Positions 19,373 through 29,175 of a stretch of DNA of 64,000 nt are shown here, piece after piece. The notes below the pieces were generated by a model, which made no database searches, was not told the DNA's origin, and was given only the letters and a program-made list of their open reading frames with translations. Position 1 is the stretch's first letter, and every line of letters starts with the position of its first letter. Location of the stretch: NCBI GenBank assembly GCA_008080735.1, contig SHMW01000006.1, positions 28,588 to 92,587 on the forward strand, read 5' to 3'. The position numbers were made by a program, and so were the translations under genes. Source of the DNA: Promethearchaeota archaeon (GTDB taxonomy: Archaea > Asgardarchaeota > Lokiarchaeia > Sigyniarchaeales > SOKP01).

Positions 19373-19616
19373 TAATTTCATTTTAAAAAGCTTACTAATT
19401 ATCTTTAGATTAAACAGTGATTTTAGCAATTTTAAAGGAAAAAGTTGCAATATGATCGGATTATCTTTTTTTGAAGAAATATACAATCTTTTCCAAATTT
19501 TAATTTTTTGAAAATATCTTCAACAACTCGCTTAATATAGTTCCCCTACGTACTATTCATGCTAAATTTTAATATGAGAAATAACTATTAAACTCAAAAG
19601 CACATATTATTATAAA

Positions 19617-20711
19617 ATGAGTCTTTCGGGAAGGAATATCTGGATTGATATTGAGCAACCAAAAGCAGCAATCATGTTTAATTCTCTTATAGAACAATTC
19701 CAAGAAGATGGTGTTAATTTACTAATTACTGCAAGAGATTACGATTCTACTTTTCAAATATTAGACGATCATGATGTTGACTATATCAAGGTGGGGAAAC
19801 ATGGTGGAGCGAGCTTAGAAGAGAAATTAAAGACTCATATAAAAAGATTAGAAGAGCTTTTTACTTATGTTGCTGAGTTTAATCCAGACTATCTAGTCAA
19901 CTTTATTTCTGTGGAAGCTATTAGAATTGCTTATGGACTTCAAATTCCTTCAATCGGGTTTAATGATGAGCCGAGAAATGAGCCCGTGTGTAAATTGATT
20001 TTTCCGTTTATAGACAAACTAATTACCCCCAAATGTATTCCCAAGGAATCCTATATAGAATTATATGCGGATCCTAAGAAAATTATTCGATACAATGGAA
20101 TCGATGAAATTGGATGGTTATCAAATTTCAAACCTGATCCATCAGTTTTAGAACACTATGATTTACAAATGGGAAACTACGTGATTATGCGAAGTGAACC
20201 CTCTGCGGCATGCTATTTTATAAACAAATTAAAGCCCGATGAGACGATGCTTAGTGAAATCTTTCCCCAAATATATAAAGAATTTCCCAACCATAAATAT
20301 TTTCTACTGGCACGAAACCGAAATCAAGAAGAATTTTTACGGAAAACTCTAAAGAAATATGAAGATAATCCCAATTTAATAATCACTCGTTATTTACCCA
20401 ATCTAGATGATTATTGTTTTTATAGTGGATTGGTTATTAGCGGGGGTGGAACTATTGTAAGGGAATCGAGTCTCTTGAGCGTGCCGAGTATAGAATTTTT
20501 CCCCGGTCCAACGGCACCGCAAGAAATGTTTTTAAAGAACAATGGATTTCCCTTGGAACATATAGAAGAATTAAATAGAATCATAGACAGATCAATCCAT
20601 GTACTTAATCAAGGATTCGATAATGACAGAATTAAGCATTTTAAAAAAAAAATTCAACAATTTGAAAATCCCGTGAAGATTTGCTATAATTATGTGCGGA
20701 TTCATATATAG
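19617..20711 (+). CDS. DUF354 family GT-B-like protein
   Basis: IWIDI...ITARDY...VGKHGG...SGGGTIVRES..L.VPSI pattern. Confidence 0.8.
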   Translation: MSLSGRNIWIDIEQPKAAIMFNSLIEQFQEDGVNLLITARDYDSTFQILDDHDVDYIKVGKHGGASLEEKLKTHIKRLEELFTYVAEFNPDYLVNFISVEAIRIAYGLQIPSIGFNDEPRNEPVCKLIFPFIDKLITPKCIPKESYIELYADPKKIIRYNGIDEIGWLSNFKPDPSVLEHYDLQMGNYVIMRSEPSAACYFINKLKPDETMLSEIFPQIYKEFPNHKYFLLARNRNQEEFLRKTLKKYEDNPNLIITRYLPNLDDYCFYSGLVISGGGTIVRESSLLSVPSIEFFPGPTAPQEMFLKNNGFPLEHIEELNRIIDRSIHVLNQGFDNDRIKHFKKKIQQFENPVKICYNYVRIHI

Positions 20712-20755
20712 AAACTATACAAAAATTAAATAAAAATTACTTAATACTCTTATAA

Positions 20756-22102
20756 ATGATATATCCAACTAATATACGATGGGATTTTTATAGCATCTTG
20801 TATCTAAGTATCGCAGGGATTATCGGCTTTGTTATAACATATTTGATTATGCCCTACATTATCAAATATATGAAGAAAAAAGGTTATGTTGGAACAGATA
20901 TCCACAAAAATACCCGTCCAGAAGTTGCCGAATCTGGTGGATTAGGAATGATGATCGGATTTATCTTCCCCTCCATTTTTCTGGCAATCATTTTTACCGA
21001 TTATAGAAATATCATCTTAATTGTGTTATTTACTGTCATTATTGCAGGGATTATTGGTTTTATTGATGATAGAGTCAGATTGAGGACCCGCTATAAATTA
21101 CTTTTAACCTTAACGATTGGATCTGCCGTGTTTTTGGCTAATTATCTTGGGCTCATCGCTATTCAGAATCCTGTACTGCCGATTCTGAGTCGTTTACGGC
21201 TTAATATGATTTATCCTATCTTGATCCCTTTGGTAGTAATTGTGTTTGCGAATACCGTAAATATGTTAGAGGGATACAACGGAGAGGGTTCTGGAACGTG
21301 TATTATTGCCATTGGATTTTTATTAGTATGCAGTTTTATCTGGAATACTATGGAAGGATTAATGTTCTCTATAATTTCTCTTTCCGTAATTATCCCTTTT
21401 TATCTCTTTAATAGATATCCTGCTAAAGTATTTCCCGGAGATGTTGGTACCTTATCGATGGGTGTTATGATAGCAAGCATCGCCCTCTTTGGTGGGCTAC
21501 TCGCTGCAGCTTTCTGTACGCTATTAACGCATATATTTAATAGCTTTTACTATATCTCCTCTGTGAGAGGGTTTTTTGAGAGTAAAGAAATTCATGAATT
21601 AAGAGATGATATTGTTTTACTTAAAGATGATAGGATTAAAGCATCTGAACAAAAAAGTGCTTTAATAACAGTGCCTCGGATGATATTAGCAAAAGGGCCC
21701 TTGTCAGAATCACAATTAGTGAAAAAAATTTACTTGATTTCCATTATTAGCGGATTTTTAGGTATATTGACCACACTATTAATGTGTTTGACTTTGGAGA
21801 AAATTAACATTTTTTGGGTTTTTATTTTTTCGCTGCCAAGTCTGGTGATTATTATATTGCTGATGTACTTTTTTCCGAGAATTAGAGATATTGCTATTCA
21901 AATGCTTATCCTATATTTTATTGGAATTATTATATTGTATTTAATTGATATTATAATTATCCCAATTCAAATTACTATTGATCTGTATTTTATTAAAATA
22001 CCTCTCAATATTGTAGTATCTCTTATTGCGGTCTTACCTGGACTTGGTGTGTGGTATATTTTAACAATAATTTATTTAAATAATCAACTAGAGTTAGAAT
22101 AA
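20756..22102 (+). CDS. aglH: UDP-GlcNAc:dolichyl-phosphate GlcNAc-1-phosphotransferase (AglH/ALG7, MraY-like family)
   Basis: GTDIHK...PEVAESGG, GFIDD, NTVNMLEGYNG and FNRYPAKVFPGDVG motifs. Confidence 0.88.
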   Translation: MIYPTNIRWDFYSILYLSIAGIIGFVITYLIMPYIIKYMKKKGYVGTDIHKNTRPEVAESGGLGMMIGFIFPSIFLAIIFTDYRNIILIVLFTVIIAGIIGFIDDRVRLRTRYKLLLTLTIGSAVFLANYLGLIAIQNPVLPILSRLRLNMIYPILIPLVVIVFANTVNMLEGYNGEGSGTCIIAIGFLLVCSFIWNTMEGLMFSIISLSVIIPFYLFNRYPAKVFPGDVGTLSMGVMIASIALFGGLLAAAFCTLLTHIFNSFYYISSVRGFFESKEIHELRDDIVLLKDDRIKASEQKSALITVPRMILAKGPLSESQLVKKIYLISIISGFLGILTTLLMCLTLEKINIFWVFIFSLPSLVIIILLMYFFPRIRDIAIQMLILYFIGIIILYLIDIIIIPIQITIDLYFIKIPLNIVVSLIAVLPGLGVWYILTIIYLNNQLELE

Positions 22103-22177
22103 TCAATAATTCAAGAATAGAGGATTTTATATTCAAATATATAGAAATCTATTAATTAGAAATCATAGGAGATTTAA

Positions 22178-24661
22178 CTGAACAAAAATTATCGACTGGT
22201 TCTCTCTATTATAGTATTATTTAGCTCCATAACAGCCTTTTTCTTAATTAATTGGCTTTTTTCAATTGATATATTTGGTCTTTTTACAAATTGGAGATTC
22301 ATTATCACATTAATTCTATATTTAGTTTGTTTAGAGGAGATTTATATTTGGGTAAAAAATGGTAAACGAAGCGAAATGTCTGATATCATCGCACTTTTGT
22401 TTTTTTTCTTCTTTATCTATTTTATCACTGAAGACTTTCTCACATCTCTTATGGGATCGTTTAGTATTTATCTTTGGATAGGAGTGGCAGAATTAAAAGA
22501 CTATCCCGTGATAAATAAGATTTTGGTAATTTCTTTAGTCACATATAACGTTATTTTTATCTCTGGATTAATTTCAGCATATCTCAACGATCCTTTCCTA
22601 TTGAATACTTCGTTTGCATTTTCATTTTGGATTATTCTAATATTGGGATTCATTCTTTTTGGCAGAAAGTATATCGTAGTCTGGAGATTTATGAGCCCTC
22701 AATATTTAACTCTTTTTCTCTATCTTCTAGGGTGGATTGGAGTTGTTTTTATAAATCAATATACTCCGATCGATTTTTACAGATACATTTATCTAGTGCT
22801 AATTATTGTAAACATTATAATCTATTTCTCTTCTGGATTTTTATTGGATAAACTCCTTGGAATTAAGAGAATTAGAGACGTGACAGTTGAAAAACTTGTG
22901 GAAGAAGTCAAAAGCGATTTAAATATTAAAGGTAGAGTAAAAGTTGGATTTGGACAATATCCAATATTAAACGCTATGGCATATGGTTCCTTTTTCGATA
23001 AGAGAATAGCAATTATAGCAGAAGGCCTTGATAATCTCCCAGAGGATGAAATTAGGGGAATTGTCGCGCATGAATTAGCCCATACTAAGGGAAACCATAC
23101 CTTTATCTTAGCTTTAATCACAATTATGGATCTCATTATTCGATGGATTTTTGGATTTCCCGCCACCTATTATGATTATACTTTTGGATCTCCTCAAATA
23201 CCCTTTATCCTTTTCTTGGTAATCAATTTTGGTATTTATATAATACTATATTTTTTCGTGAGGATTTTGGAAGGATATGCAGATAAGAGGGCTAAAACAG
23301 GAGGCTATGGACAAGAACTTGTGAAAGCATTATATAATCTAGAAAGTTTTTATGCATCTGGAAGAGAAATTGGATTAAATACCATGCTATTATGCGATGA
23401 AAAGATCTCAAGAGAAAACAAAATGCTGGATTATGTTAGTACGGCACAATATATTAATCAATCAATGATTAAACCGTCAAAAATTTCCCTTTTAGGAAAT
23501 TTTCTGAACTCTCATCCACCAACCTACCATAGAATATTGGCGATTTTAAGCGAAGATATTAATCCCTACAAAGAAACATTATTACCTTTATTGTATCTAA
23601 GAAAAAAAAATCAGAAAAAATTTGCTCAAAAATATTATCAAGCAAGAATAAATTTTCAGACTATTGCAAATCAAAAGTTTAAAGAGTTCTTCCGTATTGA
23701 AGATATCTCAAAATTCTTACACGATTTAGAACTCGATGAAAAATATAAATATGACTTTCAAAAGAGCTTCTTATTTAAAAACATAATTAATGGTGATTAT
23801 AAATATGGAAATTTGATATCCTTAAAGATTAAAGATGATATTTCTGATAATTTCTGTTTTAAGATTTTTAATTACAAATCTAAAAAGATTGAGTTTTTAC
23901 CACCTTCCCATTTTACAAAAACGCAAGTAAATATAGGTGAACATTATATTTTCTCAAAAAAAAACGTGCTGAAACTTGAAAATATTCAATTTGATAAGGA
24001 CTCTAAAAGTGGATTTTATATTTTTACCGATAAGAACAATAATCTTATCAAAAAACCCATTAAAAAAACTAAAATTCCTTTTTCCATCGAAAAGATTCAA
24101 AATTTTCTTAATAAAGATGTATTTCTCAAGAGAAAAGGTTTATTAGGATTAGCTGAATGCACGGCTCTTCATAAAAAAGAAAATTTAAAGGAATCGAAAA
24201 TAGAATTAAAAAATTCAATGGGTGAAAATGGTGAAAATGGTGAAGCCATGGTTTTAACCCGTAAATTAAAAGATTTGATAATTAAACCGAAAAATATTCA
24301 ATTTGAAATTATAAAAAATGAGAGCAATTTAGAAAACTCAAAAAAACTTTTAGAATGGATGAGAAACAAACAGATACGAGCATATTTTTATTTGAAAAAA
24401 CCAGTAAATAATATAGAAATAGGGTATGTCGAAAAAGTTAATTATAATCAGACTTCAGAAGAGGACCTTAGAAACAAGCATTTATCAATAGAAATTAGTA
24501 CAATTTTCAATGAATTAAAAATATTACAACAAGATAAAATTGAATTTGTAAGCTTTAGCTACAAAACGGGGATTATCCAATTAAAATCTGAAACAAGTTT
24601 CTTTTCCAAAATTGGGTATTATCTTTTTAAAAAGATAAAGCCTCAAGAGATTTTGATTTAG
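22178..24661 (+). CDS. M48 (HtpX/Ste24-like) membrane zinc protease with extra N-terminal TMs and a large C-terminal extension
   Basis: NAMAYG, HELAH, EGYAD and SHPP motifs. The frame is open from CTG 22178 (AGGAGA 5 nt upstream), 66 codons before the track's ATG at 22376. Confidence 0.8.
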   Translation: MNKNYRLVLSIIVLFSSITAFFLINWLFSIDIFGLFTNWRFIITLILYLVCLEEIYIWVKNGKRSEMSDIIALLFFFFFIYFITEDFLTSLMGSFSIYLWIGVAELKDYPVINKILVISLVTYNVIFISGLISAYLNDPFLLNTSFAFSFWIILILGFILFGRKYIVVWRFMSPQYLTLFLYLLGWIGVVFINQYTPIDFYRYIYLVLIIVNIIIYFSSGFLLDKLLGIKRIRDVTVEKLVEEVKSDLNIKGRVKVGFGQYPILNAMAYGSFFDKRIAIIAEGLDNLPEDEIRGIVAHELAHTKGNHTFILALITIMDLIIRWIFGFPATYYDYTFGSPQIPFILFLVINFGIYIILYFFVRILEGYADKRAKTGGYGQELVKALYNLESFYASGREIGLNTMLLCDEKISRENKMLDYVSTAQYINQSMIKPSKISLLGNFLNSHPPTYHRILAILSEDINPYKETLLPLLYLRKKNQKKFAQKYYQARINFQTIANQKFKEFFRIEDISKFLHDLELDEKYKYDFQKSFLFKNIINGDYKYGNLISLKIKDDISDNFCFKIFNYKSKKIEFLPPSHFTKTQVNIGEHYIFSKKNVLKLENIQFDKDSKSGFYIFTDKNNNLIKKPIKKTKIPFSIEKIQNFLNKDVFLKRKGLLGLAECTALHKKENLKESKIELKNSMGENGENGEAMVLTRKLKDLIIKPKNIQFEIIKNESNLENSKKLLEWMRNKQIRAYFYLKKPVNNIEIGYVEKVNYNQTSEEDLRNKHLSIEISTIFNELKILQQDKIEFVSFSYKTGIIQLKSETSFFSKIGYYLFKKIKPQEILI

Positions 24662-24700
24662 CAATAAAGTTTAATTTTAATAATTTTTTTTAAAATCTAT

Positions 24701-25654
24701 ATGTTTAATCAGATACGAAATATTATACATTTAATCAGAGTAAGGCAATATTATAAAAACGTTTTAATTTTCGTTGGGTTGTTTTTTAGTGTAAATCTAT
24801 TTACGTTTAGCTATTGGTATTTATTAATTATTGGATTTATTTTACTATGTCTTACATCTTCCATCAATTATATTGTAAATGATATATTGGATATTGAAAG
24901 TGATAAAAAACATCCAGAAAAGCTAAAAAAAAAACCTCTTGCTTCAGGTGAGTTATCTATTTCTTTTGCAATTGGTTTATTAGTTTTAATAATTCTCACA
25001 ATTGTAATTTGCTTAATCTTTATCGTTCCAAATATTACTTTTGCTATTTTGCTATTATTAATTATTATCACGGGGCAACTCTATAACCACGTGTTCAAGA
25101 ATTTTGCATTTATCGATATTTTAACCTTATCAACGGGATATTTATGGAGAGCATTAGCGGGATGCGTTTTAATAAATCAATATATTTCCGCGTGGTTATT
25201 TCTTTCTATATTTGAAGTTGCATTATTTTTGGTGATTGCTAAAAGGAAAGGAGATTTAATGATCTTAGGTAATAAGGAAGATGCAATTAAACATAAGAAA
25301 GTGTATAATCAATATTCAATAAAACTGCTCGATCAATTTCATGTTATCACGGCTGGCTCTATTTTTATGACCTATAGTCTGTATTTAATCTTCAAATTTG
25401 ACTTATTCTCCCCTGACCAATTCAATCCCAATGAATACCTTACCATCCTCACAATACCCATTTTATTATTTGTATTAATGCGATATATGTATTTAACATC
25501 AGCAGAGCCAGAGATCGCCAGAAATACAGAAAAGGCGATCACAGATACACAAATATTAATCGCGGGACTCATTTTAGGTGCCGTATTATTTTATTCGTTT
25601 TACTTCAGTCAAATTATTGACATTATTAACCTTATCTTAAATTTTAATCTATAA
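24701..25654 (+). CDS. UbiA-family decaprenyl-phosphate phosphoribosyltransferase (DPPR synthase)-like protein
   Basis: RVRQYYKNVLIF, NYIVNDILDIESDKKHPEK..KPLASG and AKRKGD motifs of the DPPR-synthase subfamily. Confidence 0.82.
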   Translation: MFNQIRNIIHLIRVRQYYKNVLIFVGLFFSVNLFTFSYWYLLIIGFILLCLTSSINYIVNDILDIESDKKHPEKLKKKPLASGELSISFAIGLLVLIILTIVICLIFIVPNITFAILLLLIIITGQLYNHVFKNFAFIDILTLSTGYLWRALAGCVLINQYISAWLFLSIFEVALFLVIAKRKGDLMILGNKEDAIKHKKVYNQYSIKLLDQFHVITAGSIFMTYSLYLIFKFDLFSPDQFNPNEYLTILTIPILLFVLMRYMYLTSAEPEIARNTEKAITDTQILIAGLILGAVLFYSFYFSQIIDIINLILNFNL

Positions 25655-25688
25655 AAAAATAAACCCATTTATAAAAGAGCCGAATATC

Positions 25689-26375
25689 GTGAACAACCTT
25701 CGATTAGATCTCCATGTTCACACCGTTTATTCTGGAGATTCTCTAATTAAACTCCCAGATCTAATAAAGTATGTAAAAAAGAAACAATTAGATGGTATAG
25801 CGATTTGTGACCATAATACAATTAAAGCTTACAAGAAGCTAAAAGATAAGGCTAAGAAGCATGAATTCATTTTAATACCCGGAATGGAGATTGAAACTCA
25901 CATTGGTGAGGTGATCGGACTTTTCCTCGAAGATGAAGTCAGCTGTGAAAATAACAATTTCTTCCACATTGTAAATCAAATAAGAGATTATGGGGGTTTA
26001 GTAATTATTCCCCACCCGTTTGATTTTATAAGACGGAATCATCTTAAAACAGACCTAATTAATGATAAAATTATCAAAAAATATATTGATGGAGTAGAGA
26101 TTATGAATTCAAGGATCATGTTTCATAAATGCATCAAAAAGGCAATAGAGTTTAAAACTAAATATAATCTGTTCGAAACCGCGGGATCCGACGCACATCA
26201 TTATAAGGAAATTGGCAATGGATACACTCTTATCCAAACTCCTCAAGGTAATTCTCTTGAAGAGATTAAACAAGCTCTTCTTTCCAAACTATCAATAAGC
26301 ATGGGTTCCAGATCCTCACCGTTTTATCATTTAATCACGATAATCAATAAAATAAAAATGCGAGAATACCTTTAA
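25689..26375 (+). CDS. PHP domain metal-dependent phosphoesterase
   Basis: DLHVHTVYSGD, ICDHN, PHP and GSDAH motifs. Confidence 0.9.
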   Translation: MNNLRLDLHVHTVYSGDSLIKLPDLIKYVKKKQLDGIAICDHNTIKAYKKLKDKAKKHEFILIPGMEIETHIGEVIGLFLEDEVSCENNNFFHIVNQIRDYGGLVIIPHPFDFIRRNHLKTDLINDKIIKKYIDGVEIMNSRIMFHKCIKKAIEFKTKYNLFETAGSDAHHYKEIGNGYTLIQTPQGNSLEEIKQALLSKLSISMGSRSSPFYHLITIINKIKMREYL

Positions 26376-26381
26376 CCAAAT

Positions 26382-27566
26382 ATGAGCTCGTCTAAAAATC
26401 CTAAAGTTTATGCCATAAAAACAACTCCGGAAACGGTGCTAGAAGATTATGCATGTCTCATGGATATGACAAATTATCAACAGAATTACCCACTAGATCA
26501 GAAAACAATCATTAAATTGAATTTAAGTTGGTCCAAATTTTTTCCTGCGTGCAGTAGCCCACCATGGCAAGTCGAGGGGGTAATAAAAAAGATGATAGAA
26601 GATGGCTATCACCCAGAAAAGATATTCACAGCAGAGAATAGAACGGTGGTCACAAACATAGCAAAAGGCCTCAAGGGAAATAAATGGGGTCCAATAATTG
26701 ATAAATACGGCGTCTGGTTTGTTCCATTAACTCGAGTACCTTTTGTTCCCTATGAATCGCTTCGATCAAAATTTCTCAAATTTAAGGATAAAGAATTACA
26801 TGTGCTCGATTCAGAAATATTTCCTGAAGGCTTTAAAATCCCTGAATTCTATGTGGGAAAACCAATCATTCATTTACCCACCATGAAAACACACGGTCAC
26901 ACAGGAGCAAAGGGCGGATCGTTAAAACACACAGAAGAGGAAGAATTAAAGAATGGAGGAATCACATGCTGTATGAAGAATGCCTTTGGAGGCCTTTTAA
27001 CTAAGAGAAGACATTTTAGCCATCAATTTATGTCCGAAGTCCTTGTAGATTTATTAATTATCCAAAAACAGATCCATCCCGAAATGATGGGTATTGTAGA
27101 TGGGACAGTATGCGGAGATGGTGCGGGGCCACGTACCATGATTCCCCGAATTAAAAATTATCTTATTGCGGGTTACGATCAAGTCGCTGTAGACACGGTT
27201 GTGGCTAAAATGCTCGGCTTTGAACCTATGAAATTACCCGCCATTAAATTAGCGCATGATGAGGGGCTTGGGTGCGGTGATCTTGATCAGATAGAGATAA
27301 TTGGTGAAGATGTTTCAGATGTAAATTGGAATTTTACAGTAAAACGTAGTATGGTTATTTGGGGAGATCAAATGGTTCGCAAGGGATCTCTAAGGTTCTT
27401 AGAGCCGCTGCTACACAATAAGTTGTTTATGACATTACCCATTCTCGGAAGTCTGATATACCATGATCTGCTTTGGTATCCAACTATTGGAAAGAAACGA
27501 ATCAAACAATTTAAGCAAAAAAAATGGGGGAAACTCTTCCAGGATTATCCCGTTGATTCTAAATAA
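26382..27566 (+). CDS. DUF362 family (Fe-S) protein
   Basis: KLNLSW, LPTMKTH, ITCCMKNAFG, IVDGTVCGDGAGP and DQVAVD motifs. Confidence 0.82.
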   Translation: MSSSKNPKVYAIKTTPETVLEDYACLMDMTNYQQNYPLDQKTIIKLNLSWSKFFPACSSPPWQVEGVIKKMIEDGYHPEKIFTAENRTVVTNIAKGLKGNKWGPIIDKYGVWFVPLTRVPFVPYESLRSKFLKFKDKELHVLDSEIFPEGFKIPEFYVGKPIIHLPTMKTHGHTGAKGGSLKHTEEEELKNGGITCCMKNAFGGLLTKRRHFSHQFMSEVLVDLLIIQKQIHPEMMGIVDGTVCGDGAGPRTMIPRIKNYLIAGYDQVAVDTVVAKMLGFEPMKLPAIKLAHDEGLGCGDLDQIEIIGEDVSDVNWNFTVKRSMVIWGDQMVRKGSLRFLEPLLHNKLFMTLPILGSLIYHDLLWYPTIGKKRIKQFKQKKWGKLFQDYPVDSK

Positions 27567-27586
27567 AAAAAAAGAAATGGTAATAT

Positions 27587-28987
27587 TTAGATAACTTCTA
27601 AGGTTTCTTCGGGTATTTTTTTGCATTTTTCTTCCAAATCGATGCCCTTTTTAGCTAACCAATTTTTCCTTACGAAATAATAGATTATAGCAACTAGGTA
27701 TAAAATGGCCACAATTACGACTATATACCATTTAACTCCGATAATCGCTAAAATTGATAGCGAACTATAAGCAACGTTAAAAATCACCAATATCACGAGA
27801 TAAGGTCTCTTGATTTTGAATTTTGACTTTTCTAATAATTCCGGATACTTTTTTCCGAGAAGATATGGAATAAAGGCTAGAATTAGGGATGGGACAGAAA
27901 TAGTGAGAGCATTTAAATATTGAAGATCCTCATAACCAGGTTGAAATACCAGCAAGATAAGGGCGCTCAAACAGAAAAATGAAACAGACCAATGTGGCGT
28001 TCCAAACTTTTTATTCACATCCGAAAGAACGGAAGGAAGCATCCTATCTCTCGCTGCAGAAAAAAGATCTCGTGAATAAGCTAGAATAACCGCGTGGATT
28101 GTTGATGCGATGGCTATTAAAATTAGGATGTTTAGAAAGATTAAAAAGCCCCCCTGTATCCCTATTTGGGTAAAGACATTAATAATTGTTTTATTATCAC
28201 CGGTACTCAATTCTGTATAATTAAAAACGCCTGTAAAGACGAGGGATACCAAGATATAAAGAATTAACACCATTATAAGACTAATGAATATACCCAAAGG
28301 GATATTCCGTTTCGGATTTTTTACTTCTCCTCCTATTTCAATAATCGCTGTAAAACCCGCATAACTAAAACTCAATATGACCGCACCAAGAAAAATACCA
28401 ACAAAACCCGTCGGAAAAAGACCTTGATCACCAATCCCTGCAAGATTCTCAAATGAAACGTTAGGTAATCCGAATATTATAAACAACACCAATATAAGAA
28501 AATCTCCAAAAATGGCCAGAACTATTTGTACCCATCCTGCAATTTTAACTCCGAGTATATTTATCGCATAGAATATTAGAAGGATGATAATTGCCGCGAT
28601 ATATGTGATCCCGGGAAAAAAATCTTCCAAATAGATTCCAAATCCCATGGATATAAACGCTAATGATCCGATGATATGAATCATTAAGGAGGTCAGAACC
28701 AGAAATCCGATGAATGGACTTAATAGACGGGAGGTATATACCCATGCTCCTCCGCTTACGGGAAAGGCAGAAACAATGTAATAAATGATTATTGCGCTCA
28801 CCACGTTTGGAATCCCAGCTATTATAAAAGCTAACCACAATGCGGGTCCCGTTTCTGCGGCAGCTGTTCCCGTCTGTAGCAAAATACCCGCCCCAACAAT
28901 ATATCCGAATAGAAAAAAGACTACTGAACTTAATCCTAGTTCTCTCCGTAATTTTCCTTGTTCTTTTTCTTCGCGTTTTTCTACCAT
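27587..28987 (-). CDS. APC-family amino acid permease
   Basis: LRRELG, IVGAGI, FSYAGF, GGEVKNPKRNIP and FGTP motifs; about 12 TM. Confidence 0.92.
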   Translation of the reverse strand: MVEKREEKEQGKLRRELGLSSVVFFLFGYIVGAGILLQTGTAAAETGPALWLAFIIAGIPNVVSAIIIYYIVSAFPVSGGAWVYTSRLLSPFIGFLVLTSLMIHIIGSLAFISMGFGIYLEDFFPGITYIAAIIILLIFYAINILGVKIAGWVQIVLAIFGDFLILVLFIIFGLPNVSFENLAGIGDQGLFPTGFVGIFLGAVILSFSYAGFTAIIEIGGEVKNPKRNIPLGIFISLIMVLILYILVSLVFTGVFNYTELSTGDNKTIINVFTQIGIQGGFLIFLNILILIAIASTIHAVILAYSRDLFSAARDRMLPSVLSDVNKKFGTPHWSVSFFCLSALILLVFQPGYEDLQYLNALTISVPSLILAFIPYLLGKKYPELLEKSKFKIKRPYLVILVIFNVAYSSLSILAIIGVKWYIVVIVAILYLVAIIYYFVRKNWLAKKGIDLEEKCKKIPEETLEVI

Positions 28988-29175
28988 AATACTTCAGTTA
29001 TTAAGAAATTGTATTATTTCATCTTTCTTTTTATGGTATAAAACCTTTTCTAATTATCCTTTATTATTCTATAAATTCATCTCCCACTTTGAAAAAGGTT
29101 TCTTTCAACAGTTGAGAAGAAATCTTTATAGCAATTTTAAAAAAAGCTATAGGTTAAATAGCCAATAACTCTTTT

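Noticed and set aside
24220-24245. GGTGAAAAT tandem repeat (GENGENGE)
   Set aside because: Short in-frame slippage in a loop, with no evidence of function.
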